A stretch of 56,298 nucleotides of DNA, from positions 43,687 to 99,984 of the forward strand of contig CAYRYA010000002.1 in assembly GCA_964428435.1 (NCBI GenBank). The letters run 5' to 3'. The position numbers and the translations under genes are program-made. Positions 17,104-25,889 of this stretch are shown one piece after another. The DNA is from an uncultured Candidatus Saccharibacteria bacterium (GTDB lineage: Bacteria > Patescibacteriota > Minisyncoccia > Phycocordibacterales > DATDWN01). The stretch's first letter is position 1; each line of letters begins with the position of its first letter. The notes under the pieces are model-generated. The model was given only the letters and a program-made list of their open reading frames with translations, did not search any database and had not been told where the DNA came from.

Positions 17104-18652
17104 GAAAAAATACCTGATTAAAAAAGATTACCTTCAAGACCTGCTTGTTATTTTGGTCGGTAAGTATGGACTTCCAAGAGCCAGGTCTTCGCTCGGAATG
17201 TATTCCGAGCATCAAGAGAAAATTATAGAGGTGACCTTTAAGGATTCTTCATGCTATATGCAACGACATGATACAAATTCTGAGCTCAATAAAAAATTCA
17301 TTGAGGTTTTTAGCGCCACTCCGCCAATAGGGATACAGAATAAGAATATAAAATACTTCCTTCGAGTTATAAATGATCTTGGTTTCTCGGAGGCATATAT
17401 AAGCGATACAGTTGTTCAGATGGAATTTGGACGAATGGATGATGTGATCTATCACGTCAAAGTTGATATTGGTACACCAATTGGAAACCTCTTGACCGTA
17501 GGCGAAGACGTCTCAAATGATTTGATTGTGCAGTGTCAGGAATTTGTTGATCGAGAATTATCTTCGTCTGATATCGGTAAGAAATTTGAAGGTGTAGGAA
17601 AAGAAGTATTGTTTGATGGATCGAACATCCTCAACCAGAAAGTGCTACGATATGGGAACGAATTCGGTATAGACCTCATGTCTTCAGGAAGTGCCAGCAT
17701 TAAATCGAGCTTAAGCAATAAGTCAAATGATTATTCGATTTTTTCGAACTATTACAATGAGCTTATGAAAGTGGTCACAAGGATAATTCGCCCAATATCG
17801 ATTATCGTTCCGGCGTTTAACTCGGAAGATACAATTCTACAGGTTCTGTTGTCGATTGAGGGTCAAGATTTAAGTCTTGAAGAAAAGCGCACAGTTGAAG
17901 TTATTGTTGTTGATGATGGTAGTACGGTCTTAGTCTCTGATGTACTGAAAGATCGAATGAATTCGTTCTCATTCAGGTTGAAGGTGATTCGGCTTGAAAC
18001 CAGATCTGGACTTTCTGCCGCACGAAACATCGGAGTGGCCGCAACGACAAATGAACATCTCTTGTTTATTGATTCCGATATATTGCTTTCCAAAAATTAT
18101 CTAATCGAGCATTCTAGTCGACTAAGGTTTTACCCTGAAGCAGTTTTTGTATCAATGAAGAAAAATATCGAAAGGGATTCTGAAATCAATAATCCAGAAT
18201 ATATCAGGCGAGGGCTTGATGTGCCCTCGAAATATGATGATAAGAGAATTGCAAGGGTTTCTACAAAAGGACAAAGTTGGATCAATAAAATAGATCTTGA
18301 TGGTGTATATGAGATATTGAGCGATACGAATGTGTTTAAGGATTTTGGCTATGGGAGAACCGTAAATGGCTATGATCTGCCTTCGATGGTGGTAGGTCAC
18401 AATATAAGCTTGAAAAAAGACCTATTCATAAAGTCTGGAGGTTTTTCCGACAGGTTCATTGGTTGGGGACTTGAGGATACGTATTTCGGGGCGCGCTTAA
18501 TATCGGGAGGTTGTTTTGTGATTCCTGTTTTGGAATGCGGGGTGTATCATTTAAATCATCCGCCTCGGTCCGGAAGCATAGAACAGCAAGAGAAGGAATA
18601 TATCGAAAATTTAAAAACATATGAGAGGCTTATAAACAAAAACCATGAATAA
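17090..18652 (+). CDS. Two-domain protein: unknown (possibly CYTH-like) N-terminal domain fused to a GT2 (GT-A) glycosyltransferase
   Basis: The C-terminal half carries IIVPAFNSE, VIVVDDGS, a DSD motif and GWGLEDTYFG. The N-terminal ~230 aa have no firm assignment. The start could instead be 17075. Confidence 0.8.
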   Translation: MKSHKKKYLIKKDYLQDLLVILVGKYGLPRARSSLGMYSEHQEKIIEVTFKDSSCYMQRHDTNSELNKKFIEVFSATPPIGIQNKNIKYFLRVINDLGFSEAYISDTVVQMEFGRMDDVIYHVKVDIGTPIGNLLTVGEDVSNDLIVQCQEFVDRELSSSDIGKKFEGVGKEVLFDGSNILNQKVLRYGNEFGIDLMSSGSASIKSSLSNKSNDYSIFSNYYNELMKVVTRIIRPISIIVPAFNSEDTILQVLLSIEGQDLSLEEKRTVEVIVVDDGSTVLVSDVLKDRMNSFSFRLKVIRLETRSGLSAARNIGVAATTNEHLLFIDSDILLSKNYLIEHSSRLRFYPEAVFVSMKKNIERDSEINNPEYIRRGLDVPSKYDDKRIARVSTKGQSWINKIDLDGVYEILSDTNVFKDFGYGRTVNGYDLPSMVVGHNISLKKDLFIKSGGFSDRFIGWGLEDTYFGARLISGGCFVIPVLECGVYHLNHPPRSGSIEQQEKEYIENLKTYERLINKNHE

Positions 18653-19613
18653 GTATCAAACAGAAGAAAACGGAATAAAAACAGAATACATCTTTTTTGA
18701 AGGAAGTCATCTGCCTGAAAATGTGCCTATATCGACTCCATTAACCTTTGCTTTTATTGGAGAAAACCTTGTCATTGTGAAAAAAAAGAATGGTTGGTGG
18801 GATGTGGTAGGCGGAAAGATTGAGCAAGGTGAGACATGGCAAGATGCATTGAAAAGGGAGGCTTATGAAGAGGCCGGCATTTTAATCGATAATATTGAGA
18901 CTATCGGGTACGTTCTGGTTACAAATAGTGGTAATGAGAGTAAGTTTAGATTTCCTAAAGAAAATGTGATTCCTGTAACTTTTTCGTTTGTAAAAGAGGT
19001 TGATCAATCGTGGCAACCTAGAGAGACTTTTGAGAGGGATGCGTTGCAGAAAGATGAGGTAAGAAAGCTGTTCGCTTTGAGATCTGATAATAACCAGCTT
19101 CTCAATATGTATAATTTCGTATTATCGGAATACAAAAAAAGGGGGTATGACTACACTTTCACCTATTTGCCTTATAGGTCTAATCCTGTTCAATATCCAA
19201 ATACTCAATCCGTCACATTCGTTAAAACACCAGAAGATCGATTCATTGTTGTCCGAGAAGTTGATGCTGCGGCATATACATTGCCTGGAGGCGGCTGTCA
19301 TATGGACGAATCTCCTTTGGATTGTGCAGTGCGCGAGGTGCGAGAAGAGGCACAATTGGAGATAAGCAATACGCGGCTCCTTGGTGAGGTCGTTGTCAAG
19401 GTCATCCTACATGGAGAAACTCTTTCGATCTCAAAGCAGAGCCGCTTTATTGCGGATATGATTGGTAAAAATGAATTTATTCCTGAGAAAGACGGATTTG
19501 AGACTGTGGAAAGGAAAGAGATTTCATTCGAAGGGTTGTCAGATATTGAATTATTGAAAAATGATACAGGAATAGCAATATTAGCTGATTTGAAAAAAAA
19601 ATATGAGAATTAG
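18645..19613 (+). CDS. Tandem Nudix hydrolase (two Nudix domains)
   Basis: Nudix box 1 is GGKIEQGETWQDALKREAYEEAGI, a perfect GX5EX7REX2EEXGU. Box 2 is GGGCHMDESPLDCAVREVREEAQL. It overlaps the upstream gene by 8 nt. Confidence 0.85.
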   Translation: MNKYQTEENGIKTEYIFFEGSHLPENVPISTPLTFAFIGENLVIVKKKNGWWDVVGGKIEQGETWQDALKREAYEEAGILIDNIETIGYVLVTNSGNESKFRFPKENVIPVTFSFVKEVDQSWQPRETFERDALQKDEVRKLFALRSDNNQLLNMYNFVLSEYKKRGYDYTFTYLPYRSNPVQYPNTQSVTFVKTPEDRFIVVREVDAAAYTLPGGGCHMDESPLDCAVREVREEAQLEISNTRLLGEVVVKVILHGETLSISKQSRFIADMIGKNEFIPEKDGFETVERKEISFEGLSDIELLKNDTGIAILADLKKKYEN

Positions 19614-20733
19614 TATAGTACAGCCCAGAGTTTCGTATTATATAGGTGGAAGCGAAAAGGTGTGTATGATGCATGCAGAACTCCTCTCTCGTCTTAATAA
19701 TAAAGTTGTCCTTTATACGATACAGCCTATTGATGGGGTTTATTCGGCTCAATACAAGACATTTATCCAGAACAATCCGACGATAAAAATCATAGAAATG
19801 ACCATTCCTGACGCGTATCGTTATATTTATGACGAGGTGCCTGAATCAAACCAAAGTAGATGGGATCGCGAGACGATATTATTTTCAGTATTGATTCACA
19901 GTAAGTTAAGGGATGAACTACCTGATATTGTTCTCAGCTATTATATAGTCGATTCTGTTTTCCGAAACCTAGATATACCAAATGCCGTATATCTTGGAGG
20001 GCACCCTGAGAATGAGATTGAAATCTATAATGCTTTCCTCTCATTTTGCGATGCTACTATTTCTAATAGCGAAAATGTTAAAAAACGATGGCAGCAGAAG
20101 ATTGACAGAAATAAGGTTCCTCTTAACTATGTGATTCAAAAAGGAGCTGAAAAACCAGCGATATTGAATCGTGTTCTTCCGGAAGGGGTAAACATAGTTT
20201 TTGCAGGAAGGTTGATTTCGGGAAAGGGTGTGGAAAATCTAATATGTAGTTTTGCAAGTATAAAGAAAGGTTTTCCCGAAGCGTCGCTGTGGATTTTAGG
20301 TGATGGTCCTGAAAAGGAAAATCTCGCCAAGCTTGCAGCAGTTGCTGGAGTCGAGGATTCCGTGCATTTCAAGGGTTTTGTTGAAAATGTTCAGGATTAT
20401 CTCTATTCTTCGACGTTGTGTGTCTTTCCATCCGTATATAAGGAAGGTCTCATGACAGTTGTGGTTGAGGCTATGGCCGTCGGTGCATGTATAGTTGCAT
20501 CTGAAGGGATGGGAAACGAAGAGTTGATAATGAATGAGGTAAGCGGGATCTTAATCAAGCCTGATGACATAGATTTGTTGACTACAACAATCAAAGGATT
20601 ACTACTTGATGAAGGAAAAAGGAAAGAGATGGGTAAGCAAGCTGATATTTTTGCTTCAAATAATTTGTCCTGGTCGAGTGTAGGAAAAAAACTCAATGCA
20701 ATTTTAGAGGAGATAGTTAGAGAACGCAACTGA
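19603..20733 (+). CDS. GT4-family (GT-B) glycosyltransferase
   Basis: 376 aa. It has MRISIVQP, GKGVENL and the E-x7-E block EGLMTVVVEAMAVGACIVAS. It overlaps the upstream gene by 11 nt. Confidence 0.85.
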   Translation: MRISIVQPRVSYYIGGSEKVCMMHAELLSRLNNKVVLYTIQPIDGVYSAQYKTFIQNNPTIKIIEMTIPDAYRYIYDEVPESNQSRWDRETILFSVLIHSKLRDELPDIVLSYYIVDSVFRNLDIPNAVYLGGHPENEIEIYNAFLSFCDATISNSENVKKRWQQKIDRNKVPLNYVIQKGAEKPAILNRVLPEGVNIVFAGRLISGKGVENLICSFASIKKGFPEASLWILGDGPEKENLAKLAAVAGVEDSVHFKGFVENVQDYLYSSTLCVFPSVYKEGLMTVVVEAMAVGACIVASEGMGNEELIMNEVSGILIKPDDIDLLTTTIKGLLLDEGKRKEMGKQADIFASNNLSWSSVGKKLNAILEEIVRERN

Positions 20734-20902
20734 GTCTTTTCGTTAATATTTGTTGCTTCCTATAATACATCCTTATGACTCAATACGCAGAAAATCAGTT
20801 TCTTCAGTATTCTTTTGTTCATGCTATGTTTGTGGTTCTCTTACCAACCTCACCCTAATTCAAATATGGACTTTATGCTAAAAAAGATGTATTAATAAGT
20901 TT

Positions 20903-21586
20903 ATGTATTATATACCAGTATTTCTCCAAAAGGTGATTTATGTACTGTTTTATCCGTTCCTAAAAATATTTTTACGTTTAGAGATTAAAGGTCAGAATCA
21001 TTTAAATTCCGTAAGAGGGCCTGTGATATTAGCAATGAATCATACCAGCGAGTTAGATCCTTTTGTAGTTTTGCTTGCTTTACCTTTTTTTTCTTCGTTG
21101 TTTCCTGTTCATGCGGTAGCGTATCAATTCGATGAGTACACAAAACCAAGTTTCGGATTACGTAGATTTCTGTATCAAAAAGAGTTTTTTAAATTACTAG
21201 GAGCAATTCCTGTAGAATCAGGTCATCATAGTTATGAGTATGCGTTACATAAACATATAGAGTTATTGAAGAAAGGTGAAACAGTGGGAATATTTCCAGA
21301 GGGTAAAGTTACTCAAGATGGAAAAATTGGCTCGGCTCGAGGAGGTTTGGGGTATCTATCTTATAGTACCAAAGCGGTCGTCATTCCTATTGGGATTAAA
21401 ACATTATTTAATATAAACATTTCAGATTTCATTATGCGAAAAAGAAAACTCACTATTGTAATAGGTGCTCCACTCTCACCTCAAGACATCGTTGATATTA
21501 AGAATGATAGATTAACTCAAGATGATTTTCGCGCAGCTTCACAAAAAGTCCTCTCTGGTATAGATAATATGATACAAGGCTTTTAA
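20903..21586 (+). CDS. PlsC-type lysophospholipid/1-acylglycerol-3-phosphate acyltransferase
   Basis: N-terminal TM helix, HX4D motif NHTSELDP, and FPEGKVT. Confidence 0.8.
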   Translation: MYYIPVFLQKVIYVLFYPFLKIFLRLEIKGQNHLNSVRGPVILAMNHTSELDPFVVLLALPFFSSLFPVHAVAYQFDEYTKPSFGLRRFLYQKEFFKLLGAIPVESGHHSYEYALHKHIELLKKGETVGIFPEGKVTQDGKIGSARGGLGYLSYSTKAVVIPIGIKTLFNINISDFIMRKRKLTIVIGAPLSPQDIVDIKNDRLTQDDFRAASQKVLSGIDNMIQGF

Positions 21587-21625
21587 TTTTGTTTTTAATT
21601 GACCTTGGCTTACAATACAGACTAT

Positions 21626-23236
21626 ATGATATCTCAGCAGACTTATCAGAAGATACTCGGAATTGAAGGTGATATTGCAATAGATCCAACTGCTATGGCA
21701 GATAAGATGAATATTACGTTTTATCCAAATATTGGTACTGGTATAAATAAGGATACGTTACGTTTTAAAAAATTACTTGAAGAGACGTTTTTGCAATTAG
21801 GTGTCAATATTGTCCCCATTGATGAAGCTTTTGGATATGTTCCATGGAGGAAATACATTACAGCTATTGCTAAAGCGTTCATAGGTGTTATCGTGTCTTT
21901 TCTACATAAGGTTATAGGTAAGGTTGAAGATGATTTCATTTTTGATTTTTCTGCACTTAAGTACTCGTTTGTTAGAAAAAAAATAAAAAAAAATATTTCC
22001 ATTGTGTGTGTAGGTGACTTTGACAGTAATGATTTGCCTATGAGGTACATTACAAGTTTTAAAGATAGTTCTATTATAACTATTGTCGACTTTCCGGCAG
22101 GTATTGATGAGCAAACTCCGTTTGATATCCATTTTAAGACTTCAATGAAGTTATTTGTGCATCACATGACAAATATTATTATCGGTGTTTCGGAAGATAA
22201 ATGGATACTGTACAATTTTAATGCTTCGCACCCTATATATCCAATCGATGGTTCATTCAAGGATCAGGTTCTAAATGCTTTAATCCCTAAAATTGTCGCA
22301 CCAATTCGCCCGTATAAACTAGATGAGTTTCAGTTAAGTGTAAAAGGTTTTTCTGTGCATGATCATGTGCATCATAGAGCTGCATCTGATGTGCAGCTTG
22401 GGGCACAAAAGATTAGTGCATTAGATTTATATCCACCTCCAATCAAACTTAAGGATTTATCGTTTAGAGATAATTTTTGTCGCTGGCTTGTGGATCTGCA
22501 TCTAGATAGTAGAAAAGGTATGAGTTTTGGCTTCCTTGCTCGTCAATTACCGACAACACTTGGTATGGTGTACGAAGTTGATACGGATAGAGATTTTTTT
22601 GTTCAAGAGAGTAAGTATTTCTTGGTATTAAATCTAAAAAATAAAAAATACGCAGTTGAAGTCCCTGAGGTGTGGGTATTAACTCAAAAATCAGGGACAA
22701 ATAAAGTCAACGTTAACATAGAAAAAGATTTTGTTAAGTTGGGACTTTATCAAGGTCAAATGAAGATGCAAATTGGCGAAGGTTCTCTTGTCGATGTGAC
22801 TCAGAAGCCCTCCTTTGATACAAAAGTAATCCTTGCACACGCGTTAGGTAATCTTATTATTGCGTCATTGTTAAATCACTTTAATCCAGAACATGACTTT
22901 GTGACACAGTTTACGTCAGAGGGAATTGCTATTGTGCATTGGCATGGGTATTTTCATCCAGAAAATATTCCAACAGGAATGCATATTCATGGTTTACATA
23001 ATCCCCATGTTGCATGCTCTTCTCCACAGTCAGCATTATATGCACTATCAGGTAAACTTGATGTATTTAAAAAAGCATTTGATGAAGATAAATATTATAA
23101 AGGTGATATACACGTAGAACCTCATCATGGAATTAATGTAAATTACTTTTCAATAGAAAGTCTTGCTGACTATTTAGTTGAGAATCCACAGGCGTCTGTC
23201 CTTGGTAATAAATACCTTTACCTTTATAATAAGTAA
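21626..23236 (+). CDS. Hypothetical protein (536 aa) with a His-rich C-terminal region
   Basis: A long, clean ORF with the start trimmed to the first ATG. No family motif is recognised. The C-terminal segment reads HWHGYFHP...HIHGLHNPHVAC...HVEPHHG. Its stop lies 1 nt before the histidine-kinase ATG. Confidence 0.7.
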   Translation: MISQQTYQKILGIEGDIAIDPTAMADKMNITFYPNIGTGINKDTLRFKKLLEETFLQLGVNIVPIDEAFGYVPWRKYITAIAKAFIGVIVSFLHKVIGKVEDDFIFDFSALKYSFVRKKIKKNISIVCVGDFDSNDLPMRYITSFKDSSIITIVDFPAGIDEQTPFDIHFKTSMKLFVHHMTNIIIGVSEDKWILYNFNASHPIYPIDGSFKDQVLNALIPKIVAPIRPYKLDEFQLSVKGFSVHDHVHHRAASDVQLGAQKISALDLYPPPIKLKDLSFRDNFCRWLVDLHLDSRKGMSFGFLARQLPTTLGMVYEVDTDRDFFVQESKYFLVLNLKNKKYAVEVPEVWVLTQKSGTNKVNVNIEKDFVKLGLYQGQMKMQIGEGSLVDVTQKPSFDTKVILAHALGNLIIASLLNHFNPEHDFVTQFTSEGIAIVHWHGYFHPENIPTGMHIHGLHNPHVACSSPQSALYALSGKLDVFKKAFDEDKYYKGDIHVEPHHGINVNYFSIESLADYLVENPQASVLGNKYLYLYNK

Positions 23237-23237
23237 T

Positions 23238-24848
23238 ATGGATTTTGGTCTCGATTATTACAGTATATCTTTGCTCATTGGTGGTTTTATTGCGTTAATC
23301 TCCGGATTTGCTGTATACCTGCATAGTGTTAGAAGTGTAGAAAATACGAGTTGGTTTATATTTAATATATCTTCGGCTGTTTGGAGTTTTGGTTATTTTG
23401 CTACTATTACGGCACCAACCAAAGAATTTGCTTTTATTGCTGACTGGGTTTTACATCAAGCAGCTATTATTGTGCCTTTATCTTATCTGGTTTCAGTGAT
23501 CTTTCTTACTGGTTCATATGGTCAACGAAAAATAGAAATTGCTATAATCTCTGTAATTAGTGCTTTTTTTTTGATTATTACACCAACAGAGTTATTTGTT
23601 CGAGATGTTGTACCAAAAGCGAATTTTAATTTTGTACCTGATGCTGGACCGCTGTATATTTATTTTACAATTTATTTTTTCTTTTTAGTTTTGTATATTC
23701 TTTATATACTGATTGAAAAGCTACAGTTAATAACAGATAAATTAGATCGTGTACGGTATAAGTATATGATTTTATTTACAACGGTCGGTTCTATTGGGGG
23801 AGGTAGTGTGTTTTTCTTAACTTTCAATATACCTATATTGCCGTATCCAATTATTCTATTTTCTCTATTTCCAATAATTAGTATTTATGCAATCTTTCGG
23901 TATAAGTTGTTTAATGTTAAGGTTATTACCACCGAGCTTATCGTTTTTATACTCTGGATTTTCTTGTTACTTAGAGTATTTTTGTCTGTAAGTTCAGTTG
24001 ATAGGTTTGTTAATATAGGTTTACTGGTTTTTATGGTTATAGTGGGTATCTTTTTGATAAAGAGTGTGCTGAAGGAAGTGTCTCTTCGCGAAAAATTGCA
24101 AAAAACTACAGCAGATCTCGAGCATGCAAACGAGCGTTTGAAAGAAGTAGATCAGTTAAAATCAGAGTTTCTTTCACTTGCGACTCATCAGATCCGTGCA
24201 CCGCTCACAGCTATCAAAGGGTATGCATCACTTATTCTTGAGGGTGACTATGGGGAGGTCTCAGAACCCGTATTTAAAGCTGTGGATGTGATTTCTAAGT
24301 CATGTCAAAACCTTGTGATGATTGTAAATGATTTTCTTAATATTTCTCGTATCGAACAAGGAAGAATGAAATACGATCTGTCTGAGTTTGATTTACGTGC
24401 AATTACAGAGCAGGTTTTAACTGAATTGAAACCAAATATAGAAAATGCAGGTCTTACGTGTACGTGTGTAGGATCAGCAGAACAACATATGCCTGTGATG
24501 GTGTATGCTGATAGTGGTAAAGTAAGACAGGTGATCGGAAACCTGGTTGATAATGCAATCAAATATACACCGCAGGGAGGTATTACAGTGGATGTTTCTC
24601 ATCACGATGCAATGGCACGTTTAACGATTACTGATACTGGTATTGGTATTGCCAAAGAAGATATTGGTAAACTTTTTAATAAGTTTACTCGTGCAAAAGA
24701 CGCCAATAAAACAAACGTGATTGGTACAGGACTAGGTTTGTATGTTGCAAAACAGATGGTTGAAGCTCAAGGTGGAAAAATATGGATTGAATCAGATGGT
24801 GTTGGCAAAGGAACTACATTTATTGTGGAATTGCCACAAAAAATGTAA
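23238..24848 (+). CDS. Membrane sensor histidine kinase (multi-TM N-terminal domain)
   Basis: About 8 hydrophobic helices are followed by a coiled coil, the H-box THQIRAPLTAIKGY, the N-box NLVDNAIKYT, G1 DTGIGI and G2 GTGLGL. No response regulator lies nearby. Confidence 0.9.
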   Translation: MDFGLDYYSISLLIGGFIALISGFAVYLHSVRSVENTSWFIFNISSAVWSFGYFATITAPTKEFAFIADWVLHQAAIIVPLSYLVSVIFLTGSYGQRKIEIAIISVISAFFLIITPTELFVRDVVPKANFNFVPDAGPLYIYFTIYFFFLVLYILYILIEKLQLITDKLDRVRYKYMILFTTVGSIGGGSVFFLTFNIPILPYPIILFSLFPIISIYAIFRYKLFNVKVITTELIVFILWIFLLLRVFLSVSSVDRFVNIGLLVFMVIVGIFLIKSVLKEVSLREKLQKTTADLEHANERLKEVDQLKSEFLSLATHQIRAPLTAIKGYASLILEGDYGEVSEPVFKAVDVISKSCQNLVMIVNDFLNISRIEQGRMKYDLSEFDLRAITEQVLTELKPNIENAGLTCTCVGSAEQHMPVMVYADSGKVRQVIGNLVDNAIKYTPQGGITVDVSHHDAMARLTITDTGIGIAKEDIGKLFNKFTRAKDANKTNVIGTGLGLYVAKQMVEAQGGKIWIESDGVGKGTTFIVELPQKM

Positions 24849-24854
24849 GATATT

Positions 24855-24911
24855 GGATTAAAGATTAAGGATTAATGAATGGAATTTTTCTCATTCTTTA
24901 ATTTCTAATCC
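24855..24911. repeat. GGATTAAAGATTAAGG repeat, copy B (left and right arms nearly adjacent)
   Basis: The arms ggattaaagattaaggattaatgaatggaa and ttctcattctttaatttctaatcc are separated by only 3 nt (24885-24887). They are homologous to the arms at 8017-8046 and 8395-8418. Confidence 0.75.
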
Positions 24912-24934
24912 TGCTATATTAATCATTCTTTTAT

Positions 24935-25618
24935 ATGGATCAAAAATTGGCCTGGGAAAAAGAATACAAAAACCCTACTTTTCTAACTAAAGAAATGGAA
25001 CCTCAAGCGGACACGGTCCGTTTCTTTAAATTTCTTAAAAAAGAAGAAAAGTTTGCGTTTGAAGGGAAGAAATTAATTGACCTTGGGTGTGGCACAGGGA
25101 GAAATTCTTTTTATGCAACTGAACTCGGACTTGAGGCTACCGGTATCGATATTTCTAAAACTGCCATTGCTGAAGGTGCAGAGTATGCAAAAGCACATAA
25201 TATCAAGGTTAATCTCAGTGTTGGTTCTATAGGTGAAAAGCTGACTCAAGAAGATGAGAGTTTTGATGTTGTTCTCGACGTCACCTCATCCAACTCGCTC
25301 ACAGAGCAAGAGCGAGAAATATATTTTGAAGAAATGCATCGAGTATTAAAACCAGGTGGGTATGTGTATGTGAAAGCATTGTGTAAAGATGGTGATAGTA
25401 ATGCAAAAGAGCTCCTCAAGCGCTTCCCAGGACCGGAAAAGGATACGTATGTGTTACCAGAACAAAAGATAGTAGAGCGAGTGTGGACAAAAAAAGATAT
25501 CTCAGATTTTTATGCTCGAAAATTTAACATACGTAATCTGGAAATGAAAGAAAGTTACACCACTATGGGGGATAGACGATACAAACGACGATTTTGGATT
25601 TGCTACATGCAAAAATAA
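24935..25618 (+). CDS. Class I SAM-dependent methyltransferase
   Basis: Motif I LIDLGCGTGRNS, GIDIS and VLKPGGYVYV. Confidence 0.8.
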   Translation: MDQKLAWEKEYKNPTFLTKEMEPQADTVRFFKFLKKEEKFAFEGKKLIDLGCGTGRNSFYATELGLEATGIDISKTAIAEGAEYAKAHNIKVNLSVGSIGEKLTQEDESFDVVLDVTSSNSLTEQEREIYFEEMHRVLKPGGYVYVKALCKDGDSNAKELLKRFPGPEKDTYVLPEQKIVERVWTKKDISDFYARKFNIRNLEMKESYTTMGDRRYKRRFWICYMQK

Positions 25619-25621
25619 CTA

Positions 25622-25649
25622 TTGACACATTAAAAATAACATGTACTAT
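25622..25649 (+). promoter_or_regulatory. Sigma70-like promoter
   Basis: TTGACA (25622-25627), a 16-17 nt spacer, then TACTAT/ACTATA (25644-25650). Confidence 0.55.
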
Positions 25650-25685
25650 AGAAACTACATGAAAAATACATGTAATCAACTAAAT

Positions 25686-25787
25686 ATGGGAGTCAACGGC
25701 CGAAAGGGGCTTGCTTCTTTTGCTGTGCGACCAATTTCATACCACTTTGCCACAACATGGTCAGGTGGTCGATTGCGCTGTGTATAA
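25686..25787 (+). CDS. Candidate 33-codon leader peptide / small ORF upstream of the ABC exporter
   Basis: The ATG ORF reads MGVNGRKGLASFAVRPISYHFATTWSGGRLRCV. It sits between a promoter and an intrinsic terminator. There is no clear SD. The stretch is visibly GC-richer than its surroundings, so it may be structured RNA instead. Confidence 0.3.
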   Translation: MGVNGRKGLASFAVRPISYHFATTWSGGRLRCV

Positions 25788-25816
25788 AGTATTTAACCCT
25801 CTGTTAAATCCTTTGA

Positions 25817-25849
25817 ATACCGCGTAATACGCGGTATTTTTGTTCTTTT
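25817..25849 (+). terminator. Intrinsic terminator / attenuator upstream of the ABC exporter
   Basis: An 8-bp stem (ataccgcg / cgcggtat) with loop taata, followed by ttttgttctttt. It lies 40 nt upstream of the 25890 ATG. Confidence 0.7.
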
Positions 25850-25889
25850 GCTCTTTTACATTAATTCACATTAGGAAAGGTAAGGTTAG

